A stretch of DNA of 64,000 nucleotides from a virus, in the IMG/VR virus record IMGVR_UViG_3300045988_140118. The stretch is one strand, 5' to 3'. Within the stretch, counting starts at the first letter, position 1, and the number at the start of each line of letters is the position of its first letter. The notes under the pieces were generated by a model. The model was not told the DNA's origin. It searched no databases and saw only the letters and a list, made by a program, of their open reading frames with translations. The translations under genes were made by a program, and so were the position numbers. Positions 27,780 to 35,433 of this stretch are shown here, piece by piece.

Positions 27780-27923
27780 ATGAAAAAGTACATTGGAACA
27801 AAACAAATTGAAGCGGAACCTATGACAATGGGAGAAGCTTTTGAGAAAAATTTACTGCTAACAGATGGTATAGAACCTACTGAAGTTGAAAAAGAGAAAA
27901 ACAGGTTACCATGTGAAGGATGA
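27780..27923 (+). CDS. N-terminal fragment of a gp49/Sf6-gp66-like domain (frame-disrupted)
   Basis: MKKYIGTKQIEAEPMTMGEAF, the family's N-terminal half. The continuation lies in the +1 frame. Confidence 0.5.
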   Translation: MKKYIGTKQIEAEPMTMGEAFEKNLLLTDGIEPTEVEKEKNRLPCEG

Positions 27924-28503
27924 ATATGGTTGTGAAAGCTGGTCGCCTGCCGAACCGTTTGAGGAAGCATATAAATGCGCTGACACTTTCCTTGACCGTT
28001 TGCAGATTGAGCATGATGATCTTGTAGAAAAGTATGACAAGTGCGAAAAGTTTGTAGATTCGGATAAGTTCCGTGAAATTGTACAAGAGGATTATCCGGC
28101 ATTTCTGTTATCATTGCAACGAAATGTGATGAATAGATATGGAAGTATTATTGAACAAAGAATGTCCATAGCTAAAGGAGAAACAAGCATTACAACACTG
28201 CCAAGAATGTCCTTTGGAGATGCAATCGAAGCGTTGAAGTTCGGTTTTGCCATCCGTAGAAAAGGCTGGAACGGTAAAGGTCTGATGGTATTCAAGCAAG
28301 TACCTGCCTACATAGAGAGTGACATCATTCCTAAGATGCAATCGCTTCCACAATCTGCAAAAGACCTTATTCTGAAAGGTAAAGGTTTTATTGACTATAC
28401 AAGTCAGTGCCTTATCTACAACGAGAATACCGGGCGTGCAGATTCATGGGTTCCGTCTATCAGTGATGTGTTTGCCGAAGATTGGGAGATTGTTACAAAA
28501 TAA
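27886..28503 (+). CDS. rest of the gp49-like domain fused to a DUF2829 (Tad2-like) domain
   Basis: GYHVKDEYGCESWSPAEPFEEAY then MSFGDAIEALKFGFAIRRKGWNGKG...SWVPSISDVFAEDWEIV. No ATG start (TTG only). Confidence 0.6.
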   Translation: MKKRKTGYHVKDEYGCESWSPAEPFEEAYKCADTFLDRLQIEHDDLVEKYDKCEKFVDSDKFREIVQEDYPAFLLSLQRNVMNRYGSIIEQRMSIAKGETSITTLPRMSFGDAIEALKFGFAIRRKGWNGKGLMVFKQVPAYIESDIIPKMQSLPQSAKDLILKGKGFIDYTSQCLIYNENTGRADSWVPSISDVFAEDWEIVTK

Positions 28504-28519
28504 TTTTAAAAAGTATTTT

Positions 28520-29584
28520 ATGCCAAAATATAGAAAAAAACCAGTAGTTATTGAAGCTGTTAGATTCATTGTTGGGGCAGAAGTTCCAGTAATGAATTTC
28601 TTAGGTTTAACAGAAGAGTATCAATTAGTAGACAGTAAAGCTGCTCCTATACATTATAGAAATGATGTTGCTGAAATATTTATATATCAACCAGAAGTAG
28701 CTTCTCTTTATATTTATACGTTAGAAGGAAAAATGGAGGCTAAAGACGGTGATTACATCATTAAAGGTGTAAACGGTGAATTTTATCCTTGTAAACCGGA
28801 CATCTTCGAGAAGACTTATGATCTTGCTGACGAAGATTCTGAAAGCCTTATTGTAGATACGATTTATTCCTCTTTTATGGGAGAAGTAAATAAATTCGGG
28901 ATCGGTTCTTTATGTACGTTTGTACGATTACAAGGGTGTAACCTCAGATGTTATAAACGAACTTGCGGATTTTTATGTGACACCCCTGAAGCTCTCTTAG
29001 TCAAGAAGAGTTTTCCTGAAAAAGAGAAGACAATTCCCTGTATAGTTGATACGGTGGAAAAACTGGGAAACAAAATAATCTGTTTAACCGGAGGAGAGCC
29101 TCTACTACAAGAGGGAGTTGAAACTCTTCTTAAAACGTTATCTTCAAAAGGGTATAACGTAGTAGTGGAAACTAATGGAAGTGTGGGTATTTCTAAGTAC
29201 CGAAACATAGAAAATGTTAGTTTTGTAGTAGACTATAAACTACCCTCGACAGGAGAAGATGGTAAAATGGATTCTACTGTGTGGCCTCTTATGAAAGCAG
29301 ATGACTATCTAAAATTTGTGGTTTCAAACGGCGATGACTTACTAAACCTACGTACATGGTTAGGACTTTACGCTGCTTCTTTTAAAGGAATTATTGCAAT
29401 AGGTTCTATGTGGGAAGTATGTTGTTTTAGTCAAGAGGAACTGTTGGCCCACATATCTTCTTTATCTGTGGAATTTCCCTCTGTAAGATTTTGCTTAAAT
29501 ATGCAAACCCACAAACTGATAAGCCTTTACGATCAGACTCCGAAACTTGACTTACAAAGGATAAAAATCAAAAAAGATTTGTAG
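28520..29584 (+). CDS. queE: QueE-like radical-SAM 7-carboxy-7-deazaguanine synthase fused to an N-terminal ~105-aa phage domain
   Basis: RLQGCNLRC...CDT, CLTGGEPLLQ and VVETNGS; N-terminal domain KKPVVIEAVRF...GDYIIKGVNGEFYPCKPDIFEKTY. Confidence 0.8.
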   Translation: MPKYRKKPVVIEAVRFIVGAEVPVMNFLGLTEEYQLVDSKAAPIHYRNDVAEIFIYQPEVASLYIYTLEGKMEAKDGDYIIKGVNGEFYPCKPDIFEKTYDLADEDSESLIVDTIYSSFMGEVNKFGIGSLCTFVRLQGCNLRCYKRTCGFLCDTPEALLVKKSFPEKEKTIPCIVDTVEKLGNKIICLTGGEPLLQEGVETLLKTLSSKGYNVVVETNGSVGISKYRNIENVSFVVDYKLPSTGEDGKMDSTVWPLMKADDYLKFVVSNGDDLLNLRTWLGLYAASFKGIIAIGSMWEVCCFSQEELLAHISSLSVEFPSVRFCLNMQTHKLISLYDQTPKLDLQRIKIKKDL

Positions 29585-29608
29585 ATCATGCTTTTATTTG
29601 TATCTTTG
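29578..29608 (+). promoter_or_regulatory. Bacteroidota-type promoter, TTTG-N19-TATCTTTG
   Basis: Exact consensus match; 45 nt upstream of ATG 29653. Confidence 0.6.
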
Positions 29609-29652
29609 GAGGCGTATAAATTATTTGTTTTACTTTTAATTAAAAGAAAATC

Positions 29653-29889
29653 ATGGCTAAAATTACAGAATTGACCATTTTGAATCCATCGGATAAGACC
29701 CGTATGTATTCCGTTGCAACAGGAAAGGGTGCTCCTGCTGATGCAGACGATGTTTTAGTAACAGACATTCGTACTTACCCTGCTGGGTCACAGTATACCG
29801 ATCTGACCGGAGGAAAGTTTTATGTTCGTACAAAAGAAGAAGCCAAGGTTGCCGATTGGGCTAACATCGGATCTTCAGCTGGAGCATAA
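29653..29889 (+). CDS. hypothetical 78-aa protein (monocistronic unit)
   Basis: Has its own consensus promoter and terminator. Confidence 0.65.
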   Translation: MAKITELTILNPSDKTRMYSVATGKGAPADADDVLVTDIRTYPAGSQYTDLTGGKFYVRTKEEAKVADWANIGSSAGA

Positions 29890-29909
29890 AAGAGATTAAC
29901 CATTAAAAT

Positions 29910-29946
29910 GGGGATGTGGGAATTTCTGCATCCCCTATTTTTATTT
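29910..29946 (+). terminator. rho-independent terminator
   Basis: GGGGATG pairs with CATCCCC, followed by TATTTTTATTT. Confidence 0.65.
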
Positions 29947-30366
29947 ATGGATAGTATAAGAAAACTTATTAGGATTTATACGCCTTTTATCGTTACCCTT
30001 TGTAATTTGACATACGGTGTATTATTTCTGAAGGAAACATTAACCGATAACGAAGCATTTACTTTGAATGTTATTTCCGGTTGTTCTTTCAGCTTTGTGA
30101 TATACGTTTGGGCTGCAAGTAAGCACATGTGTATATGGTACAAACTGAATCTACTGAGCATGGTTTTGATGTTGGTGGATACAGTCTTATATTATGTAAC
30201 TGATGTAATAGACCGAGTGTTATACAGCTACATTTATGTGTTATTAGCGACAGCAGGATTGATTTGCTTTCTAGCATTTTGGTTTACGTTCGTACTTTTT
30301 AGAAACGTGGTGTGTAATCGCAAACATTCAAAAGTACAAGAAGAACGCCAAGACCTAGTTCCTTGA
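29947..30366 (+). CDS. multi-pass membrane protein
   Basis: First ATG after the terminator; 4 hydrophobic helices. Confidence 0.5.
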   Translation: MDSIRKLIRIYTPFIVTLCNLTYGVLFLKETLTDNEAFTLNVISGCSFSFVIYVWAASKHMCIWYKLNLLSMVLMLVDTVLYYVTDVIDRVLYSYIYVLLATAGLICFLAFWFTFVLFRNVVCNRKHSKVQEERQDLVP

Positions 30367-30607
30367 TTGCTTGTAACGAGAATTTCTTTCCCTTCGTATG
30401 CGCAATGTATGCCGGGATTATTTCTGAGTTCTTGGATAATCCGTTATTAGCACGAATGTGTCTTGTATGGTTGTTTACTGTGAAACGGGAGATATGCAGC
30501 TTGTCAGCGATTTCCTTTTCTGAGAAACCTCTTGATATGTAATCGGCTACCTCCAATTCTCTTGTACTAAAGATTGGTGTCTTTGCGTCATTGTATATCT
30601 TATCCAT
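30299..30607 (-). CDS. LuxR/GerE-type HTH transcriptional regulator
   Basis: FSTRELEVADYISRGFSEKEIADKLHISRFTVNNHTRHI. The only convincing minus-strand gene. Confidence 0.75.
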   Translation of the reverse strand: MDKIYNDAKTPIFSTRELEVADYISRGFSEKEIADKLHISRFTVNNHTRHIRANNGLSKNSEIIPAYIAHTKGKKFSLQAIKELGLGVLLVLLNVCDYTPRF

Positions 30608-30629
30608 AAGGAGTTAATTTGTAGTAATA

Positions 30630-30637
30630 CAAAAGTA
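30630..30637 (-). promoter_or_regulatory. -7 box TACTTTTG on the minus strand
   Basis: TAnnTTTG 22 nt upstream of the LuxR-type gene start. Confidence 0.35.
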
Positions 30638-30662
30638 ACAAATTAGAGGGACACTTGTTCTG

Positions 30663-30672
30663 CCCCCCCCCC
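30663..30672. repeat. C10/G10 homopolymer tract between divergent regulator genes
   Basis: 10 consecutive C; 19 nt separate it from ATG 30692. Confidence 0.9.
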
Positions 30673-30691
30673 TAGAAATTTTTAGAATATT

Positions 30692-31012
30692 ATGAAATAC
30701 GAAGAATTGTTCGTTGAGATTCTGACCGTTGTGTCGGATGTTACCAGTTTAAGTGTAGTAGACATACTCACTTCCAACCGTGAAGAATGTGTAGATGCCA
30801 GACACATCTTAATATACACATTAAGCGTTAGAGGTTTCTCTGACTGCAAAATTGCGGAGTTAATGAAAATTACAAGACCTGCTGTTTGTATGGCACGTAA
30901 TAGTTTCAAGTACAGAAGAAAGCGGTATTTCGTTAACCTTCATTATCAAGAAGTTTACTCCCTAATTTTTGTCAGTAAAGAACCTGTTAACGATACGGTA
31001 AAGAAGCAGTAA
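30692..31012 (+). CDS. DnaA-C-terminal-like HTH protein
   Basis: ILTSNREECVDARHILIYTLSVRGFSDCKIAELMKITRPAV resembles the DnaA domain IV HTH. Confidence 0.5.
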   Translation: MKYEELFVEILTVVSDVTSLSVVDILTSNREECVDARHILIYTLSVRGFSDCKIAELMKITRPAVCMARNSFKYRRKRYFVNLHYQEVYSLIFVSKEPVNDTVKKQ

Positions 31013-31106
31013 CTCGATCTTTTGCCAGTCATAACTAAATTCAGACCTTTGGAGTAATTCCTAAAGAGAGGAAGAATCTTTATTATTCAATCAAAAATTT
31101 AATGTT

Positions 31107-31616
31107 ATGACCGCAGAGGAATTAATGGCCATCAATGGTGTGACCAAAGGTACAGACATGAGTTCTTACGAACATTTTATGGTATCTGAAAAGTCAGCAC
31201 GCAGACCTTCAGGAGTTGGTATTGCAGGCTTGGCAATCGGTAGCACTGCCCTTTTAGTAGGTGTTGGTGCTTGGATTTTCGGAGGTGTTTATGCTGCTCA
31301 GGGAGCTAAATCTAATGCCCGTGATATTGACCGTCTAGCTTCTTTCCAATTACAGGATCGTGCTGAACGTATCGGCTATCAGGGACAGAACACACCTGGA
31401 GTAGTTGACATCATTCGTATTATGAACAACGCTCAGAGTGGAGCAGGTGCCGGAGCTGGTGCCGGTGCTAACGCATTGGCTACTGCTGAAGCTCTCGCAT
31501 TGCTTAACAATGCAAGTGGAGGTGGCATGGGACGCAACGGACAGGTTTGTCCTCAACCAGTTGCTTTGTACCAGCCAGCTATGCCGTGCTCTTGCCCGGG
31601 TGGTTGCAATCAGTAA
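31107..31616 (+). CDS. membrane protein with (GA)n repeat and Cys-rich C-terminus
   Basis: Transmembrane segment GVGIAGLAIGSTALLVGVGAWIFGG; SGAGAGAGAGAN; CPQP...PCSCPGGC. Confidence 0.6.
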   Translation: MTAEELMAINGVTKGTDMSSYEHFMVSEKSARRPSGVGIAGLAIGSTALLVGVGAWIFGGVYAAQGAKSNARDIDRLASFQLQDRAERIGYQGQNTPGVVDIIRIMNNAQSGAGAGAGAGANALATAEALALLNNASGGGMGRNGQVCPQPVALYQPAMPCSCPGGCNQ

Positions 31617-31675
31617 CAACAAAGAAAAGGGAGTGCTCTTTAGGGAGTATTCCCTTCTCCCTTTAGTACCTTAAT

Positions 31676-32029
31676 ATGTGGAATAGAAATAAAGTGACCC
31701 CAGAAATGATGAAAGGTATTAGACCTACAAGCAAATTGTCTCTGAAATTAACTTGTCTAGCGGTTAATAAAGGGGATGTTGACAAAGCTATGAAGATGTA
31801 TGAATACTTTGCAAAGGACATGGATTTGCCTGATGTTGATCCTGTAGCTCCTACTACTTTTCAACAAGTGAAAGAAACTGCCGGAGGAATTTTTGGATGG
31901 GTGAAAGAAAACCAAGAAGATTTAGCGAAGGCTTTTAACATGGTACAAAGTTTTCGATCCGGTAAGACAATAAGTGTGGCTCCTTCTGCTCCTGTGGAAG
32001 TTCCGCCACCATTACCCCCAGTAGAATAA
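31676..32029 (+). CDS. hypothetical protein, Pro-rich C-terminus
   Basis: Packed ORF. Confidence 0.55.
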   Translation: MWNRNKVTPEMMKGIRPTSKLSLKLTCLAVNKGDVDKAMKMYEYFAKDMDLPDVDPVAPTTFQQVKETAGGIFGWVKENQEDLAKAFNMVQSFRSGKTISVAPSAPVEVPPPLPPVE

Positions 32030-32047
32030 TTGTAAACCGTGAATAAG

Positions 32048-32254
32048 ATGTTGAAACCTTTTGAACTCAAAGTTTTCATCTACGCAGAAGATGAACAGGA
32101 AGTTAAAGATGCTGCCAAGGCAGTATATGACTTTATAGAAGAGAATCGACAAGAAGGTAGAGTAATGACCGCCAAGAAACTTGCTGAAGCTCTTTCTCAC
32201 TGGAAAGATAATTTTCTAGTAAAAACCGGAATTATTAATTTTTTAAATAAGTAA
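32048..32254 (+). CDS. hypothetical protein
   Basis: ATG 32048 preferred over GTG 32039. Confidence 0.5.
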   Translation: MLKPFELKVFIYAEDEQEVKDAAKAVYDFIEENRQEGRVMTAKKLAEALSHWKDNFLVKTGIINFLNK

Positions 32255-32259
32255 CGAAA

Positions 32260-32499
32260 ATGGCTAAACAAGGATGTGATAAAGATTGCAGTACTTGCGG
32301 TATCAATAACTGGACATATTGTGCTGTGCAATTTGGTTTGAAGAACCAAGAACTACTCCTGCAACAGCAAGAGATGATTTCCTCGTTAATAACAATTTTG
32401 TCTCCGTTATTTTCGCAAGCTACTGCCCCTATAGCTCCTTCAATTCCGGGGGAGGAAGATGTAAAAGAGAAAGTCCCGGAAAAAGAAACTAAAAAATAA
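32260..32499 (+). CDS. small Cys-motif protein
   Basis: CDKDCSTCG...YC. Confidence 0.5.
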   Translation: MAKQGCDKDCSTCGINNWTYCAVQFGLKNQELLLQQQEMISSLITILSPLFSQATAPIAPSIPGEEDVKEKVPEKETKK

Positions 32500-32511
32500 T
32501 TGGATAAGATT

Positions 32512-32958
32512 ATGATTCATGTAACTCCTATCGCAATTTCGGCTAACTCGCAGCAATATGCTTGCAGTATAACCGAGAATCTGTGTCAATGCTACTGCTT
32601 GAACGCAGATATTCAGCCTACGGCTGACGTTAAATTTTCCGTTGCTAGTCAACAAGTTGTTAATGGGATGACGTATCTCACCATTCTTGCAAAAGGTAGT
32701 ATCACGTACTTACCTAGAGGTGCTAATAGATGTTGCTGCCGACCGCTTACTAAGATGTTCGCAGAAACATTTGACTGTATTTTTGCTGGAGCTAAGACTT
32801 CTGCTCCTACACTTACTGTAGGCTCTACTTTGGATTCCGCAGCTAATGTAAAATGTAACGGCAATGTGTTTGCCTACAATTTATTGACCCCTGTAACTAT
32901 AGCGTTTGCAACTGCCTCTGAGGAAAGTGCTGCTGTAGCTGCCTCTAAAGTGAAGTGA
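32512..32958 (+). CDS. Cys-containing hypothetical protein
   Basis: ATG 32512 preferred over TTG 32500; motifs CQCYC and CCC. Confidence 0.5.
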   Translation: MIHVTPIAISANSQQYACSITENLCQCYCLNADIQPTADVKFSVASQQVVNGMTYLTILAKGSITYLPRGANRCCCRPLTKMFAETFDCIFAGAKTSAPTLTVGSTLDSAANVKCNGNVFAYNLLTPVTIAFATASEESAAVAASKVK

Positions 32959-33281
32959 TGAAAGACTTATTGTGCATAATGCTAATAGCCGTACTCTTTA
33001 ACCATTTGGGACTTGCTGATACAGTAACTTTTCATACAAAGCGTAACGTCCTGATAAATTGTTCCAAATGCTTGACTTTTTGGAGTACACTTGGATATTC
33101 CCTGCTTGTTTTAAAGTGGGGAATTATCCTCGCTTTCTTAGCCGCTTTTTCTTGCGCCTATTGTGCATTATGGACAGAATTAGTTCTGAATGTTTTTAAT
33201 TACTTTTATCAGAAAACCTATGGCAAAATATATTCCGAAACCGATAAAGCAAATGCCGACTCGACCGATAAAATGCCCTAA
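32958..33281 (+). CDS. three-helix membrane protein
   Basis: ATG overlaps the upstream TGA; three hydrophobic segments. Confidence 0.5.
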   Translation: MKDLLCIMLIAVLFNHLGLADTVTFHTKRNVLINCSKCLTFWSTLGYSLLVLKWGIILAFLAAFSCAYCALWTELVLNVFNYFYQKTYGKIYSETDKANADSTDKMP

Positions 33282-33293
33282 TTGTAAATAGCT

Positions 33294-33815
33294 ATGGATA
33301 AGAAAGAATTGCTAGAAAAGTTTGACGCTCTCTTGAAAGAAGCCATGAAGACTAACGATAAAGAAGATATTGTAATGTCGATGGATATGTTCAAGAAGAC
33401 GTTTTTGTTGTTGGCTGATACGAATTTTCGTGATGCCAAAGAGGTATACGAGTGTTTCGATGGAACACTAAAGTATTATAATTTCCTGACTGAAACCGAA
33501 GCGGATGCGGTTGTAGACCACTTCGTTAATCAGGATGGAAGTAAAGGCCCTAAATGGAGGGATGCTGATGACCTGTTTAAGATCATTGAAGATATGGGTG
33601 GTAAAATAGAGTGTGCTCCATACTACAATAAATGGGCGCTGTACGTTACCATGAACAAATTTTTCTCCGATCAGAACAGTGCCATCTTAAAATGGGTAGG
33701 AGATAACAAAGACAAGTACATCGAGGCTTGCTATGACTTGTCCGTTACTCAGTTAAAAGACAAGGACCGTCCCAATTGGGTTCGGTGGTACTTTCACGTA
33801 GAAGATAAATTCTAA
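33294..33815 (+). CDS. hypothetical protein
   Basis: Packed ORF followed by a terminator. Confidence 0.55.
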   Translation: MDKKELLEKFDALLKEAMKTNDKEDIVMSMDMFKKTFLLLADTNFRDAKEVYECFDGTLKYYNFLTETEADAVVDHFVNQDGSKGPKWRDADDLFKIIEDMGGKIECAPYYNKWALYVTMNKFFSDQNSAILKWVGDNKDKYIEACYDLSVTQLKDKDRPNWVRWYFHVEDKF

Positions 33816-33838
33816 GGTTTATTTTCGTCTATTCCGGT

Positions 33839-33877
33839 ATAGGGTGCTGCATGTGATATGTAACACCCTATTTTTTT
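33839..33877 (+). terminator. rho-independent terminator
   Basis: ATAGGGTG pairs with CACCCTAT (8 bp), followed by T7. Confidence 0.65.
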
Positions 33878-33950
33878 AAGCGTTCTGTCTCAATTTGGAA
33901 GTTTTCAAGTTTACCCGTATATTTACACATCTTAAAAAAGAAATTCCGCT

Positions 33951-34337
33951 ATGCTAGAACCAAATTTGTTTTCGCTTCTATTTCCGGAAGAACATCCTAT
34001 AGGGGATGCCAAAATAATTATACGAGGAAGGTTTCCGGAAGAAATTACACCTATCTGCAATTTCTTGAATAAAGAACTTCCTTTTCATGCAGAAATACTT
34101 TTTACCAAAGACAAAGGGAATGATTTCGCTGTTAAGTGTTTGAACGAAGCGATAGATGCTATTTTTGAAGAAGATTATGACGGACCTAATTACATAGGAA
34201 AGTTTTCCGGTTGTGAGGTGTTTATTCCGTATAATTGCATAAAGTTTTTTGAGAAGTTTACGGATGTTCTCCACATTTCTGAGGTATTGGAAATACCTGG
34301 AACACATAGTGCGAGACTTTTAAAATGCAGAATGTGA
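33951..34337 (+). CDS. hypothetical protein
   Basis: Packed ORF; a TATATTTA box lies at 33918. Confidence 0.5.
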   Translation: MLEPNLFSLLFPEEHPIGDAKIIIRGRFPEEITPICNFLNKELPFHAEILFTKDKGNDFAVKCLNEAIDAIFEEDYDGPNYIGKFSGCEVFIPYNCIKFFEKFTDVLHISEVLEIPGTHSARLLKCRM

Positions 34338-34630
34338 TGGGAAGATTTATACCTAAAATGCTAGTTCGTACTTCGTATGGTACAGGACCCTATAAGATTA
34401 TAGACGTGACAGAAAATTGTGAGTGTCCGTCTTTTAGTGATTCTATAACGTTACTAGATAAAGCACCCCATTCAAGGAAACATGTGCACATTCGTTGCCG
34501 TGACCTTGTAAATAGATACAGTAACTACTATCTGAACGGATATGATGAAAACGGGTTATCTGTATGGGATGAAAATAACCGTTTGATCGTATGTGCCGAA
34601 GAAACATTACTACTAACTTTATTTTTATAA
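34325..34630 (+). CDS. hypothetical protein
   Basis: Packed ORF. Confidence 0.5.
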   Translation: MQNVMGRFIPKMLVRTSYGTGPYKIIDVTENCECPSFSDSITLLDKAPHSRKHVHIRCRDLVNRYSNYYLNGYDENGLSVWDENNRLIVCAEETLLLTLFL

Positions 34631-35112
34631 TGACACAATTAGAACTTGCTACGAGAATCAAAGAAGTGACTCCCTCTTTACAGAGGAGCGCTTACTATTT
34701 TACCGGGAATATGGATGATGCCTCTGACTTATTTCAGGATACTATGGTTGCGGTGACTGCCAACATAGATAAATTTTCTCCTGAGACTAATTTCCATGCG
34801 TGGTGTCAAGTAGTTCTGAAGAATCTGTTTTATGATAAGTGGAGACAGAAAAATTCCCGTCCTCCCACTGTACCAACAAGTGAACAGTATTGCGGAAGTG
34901 TTGTAGATCCGTCTCCAATGGACTTTACCCATATTTGGAATACTATTGACCATTTACCAAAGCCGTGGTCTACTGTGATGAAGCTGCGTGTGTCCGGTTA
35001 TGGGTACCAAGAGATCAGTGATAAATTAGGTATTCCGTTGGGAACTGTAAAAAGTAGAATCAGTCTTTCTAGAAAACGTCTGAGTAAAGATTTGGCTGAA
35101 TATTTGTTTTAA
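34630..35112 (+). CDS. ECF-type sigma-70 family sigma factor
   Basis: Region 2 DLFQDTMVAV...FHAWCQVVLKNLFYDKWR; region 4 YQEISDKLGIPLGTVKSRISLSRKRL. Confidence 0.85.
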   Translation: MTQLELATRIKEVTPSLQRSAYYFTGNMDDASDLFQDTMVAVTANIDKFSPETNFHAWCQVVLKNLFYDKWRQKNSRPPTVPTSEQYCGSVVDPSPMDFTHIWNTIDHLPKPWSTVMKLRVSGYGYQEISDKLGIPLGTVKSRISLSRKRLSKDLAEYLF

Positions 35113-35135
35113 TAAAGAATTAACTAGTATATTTG
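35103..35135 (+). promoter_or_regulatory. Bacteroidota-type promoter, TTTG-N21-TATATTTG
   Basis: Exact consensus match. Confidence 0.6.
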
Positions 35136-35160
35136 TCAGAAACTAAAACTTATTTATCGT

Positions 35161-35433
35161 ATGAATGAACAAGGTAAACTAGCAACAGATGTTGCTAACA
35201 ATACAGTACAATGTTTAATGTTGGGAGAAGCAGTAAATGTAACATCTGCTAATGTAACAGCCTATTTGCCTGTTATTCGGGTTTACGCTGAGGAAGCTAC
35301 TAATTTGAAACTTTCCTCACAAGCGGGTGATGGAGTAGTGATTCCCAAAGGAGGCGTAGAGTATTTTGGTGTGCGGTCGGGAGTTACCATAGTGGTAAAC
35401 GGTAAAGCTAATATAATGGGTGTTAGGTTATGA
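35161..35433 (+). CDS. hypothetical small protein
   Basis: ORF downstream of a consensus promoter. Confidence 0.55.
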   Translation: MNEQGKLATDVANNTVQCLMLGEAVNVTSANVTAYLPVIRVYAEEATNLKLSSQAGDGVVIPKGGVEYFGVRSGVTIVVNGKANIMGVRL

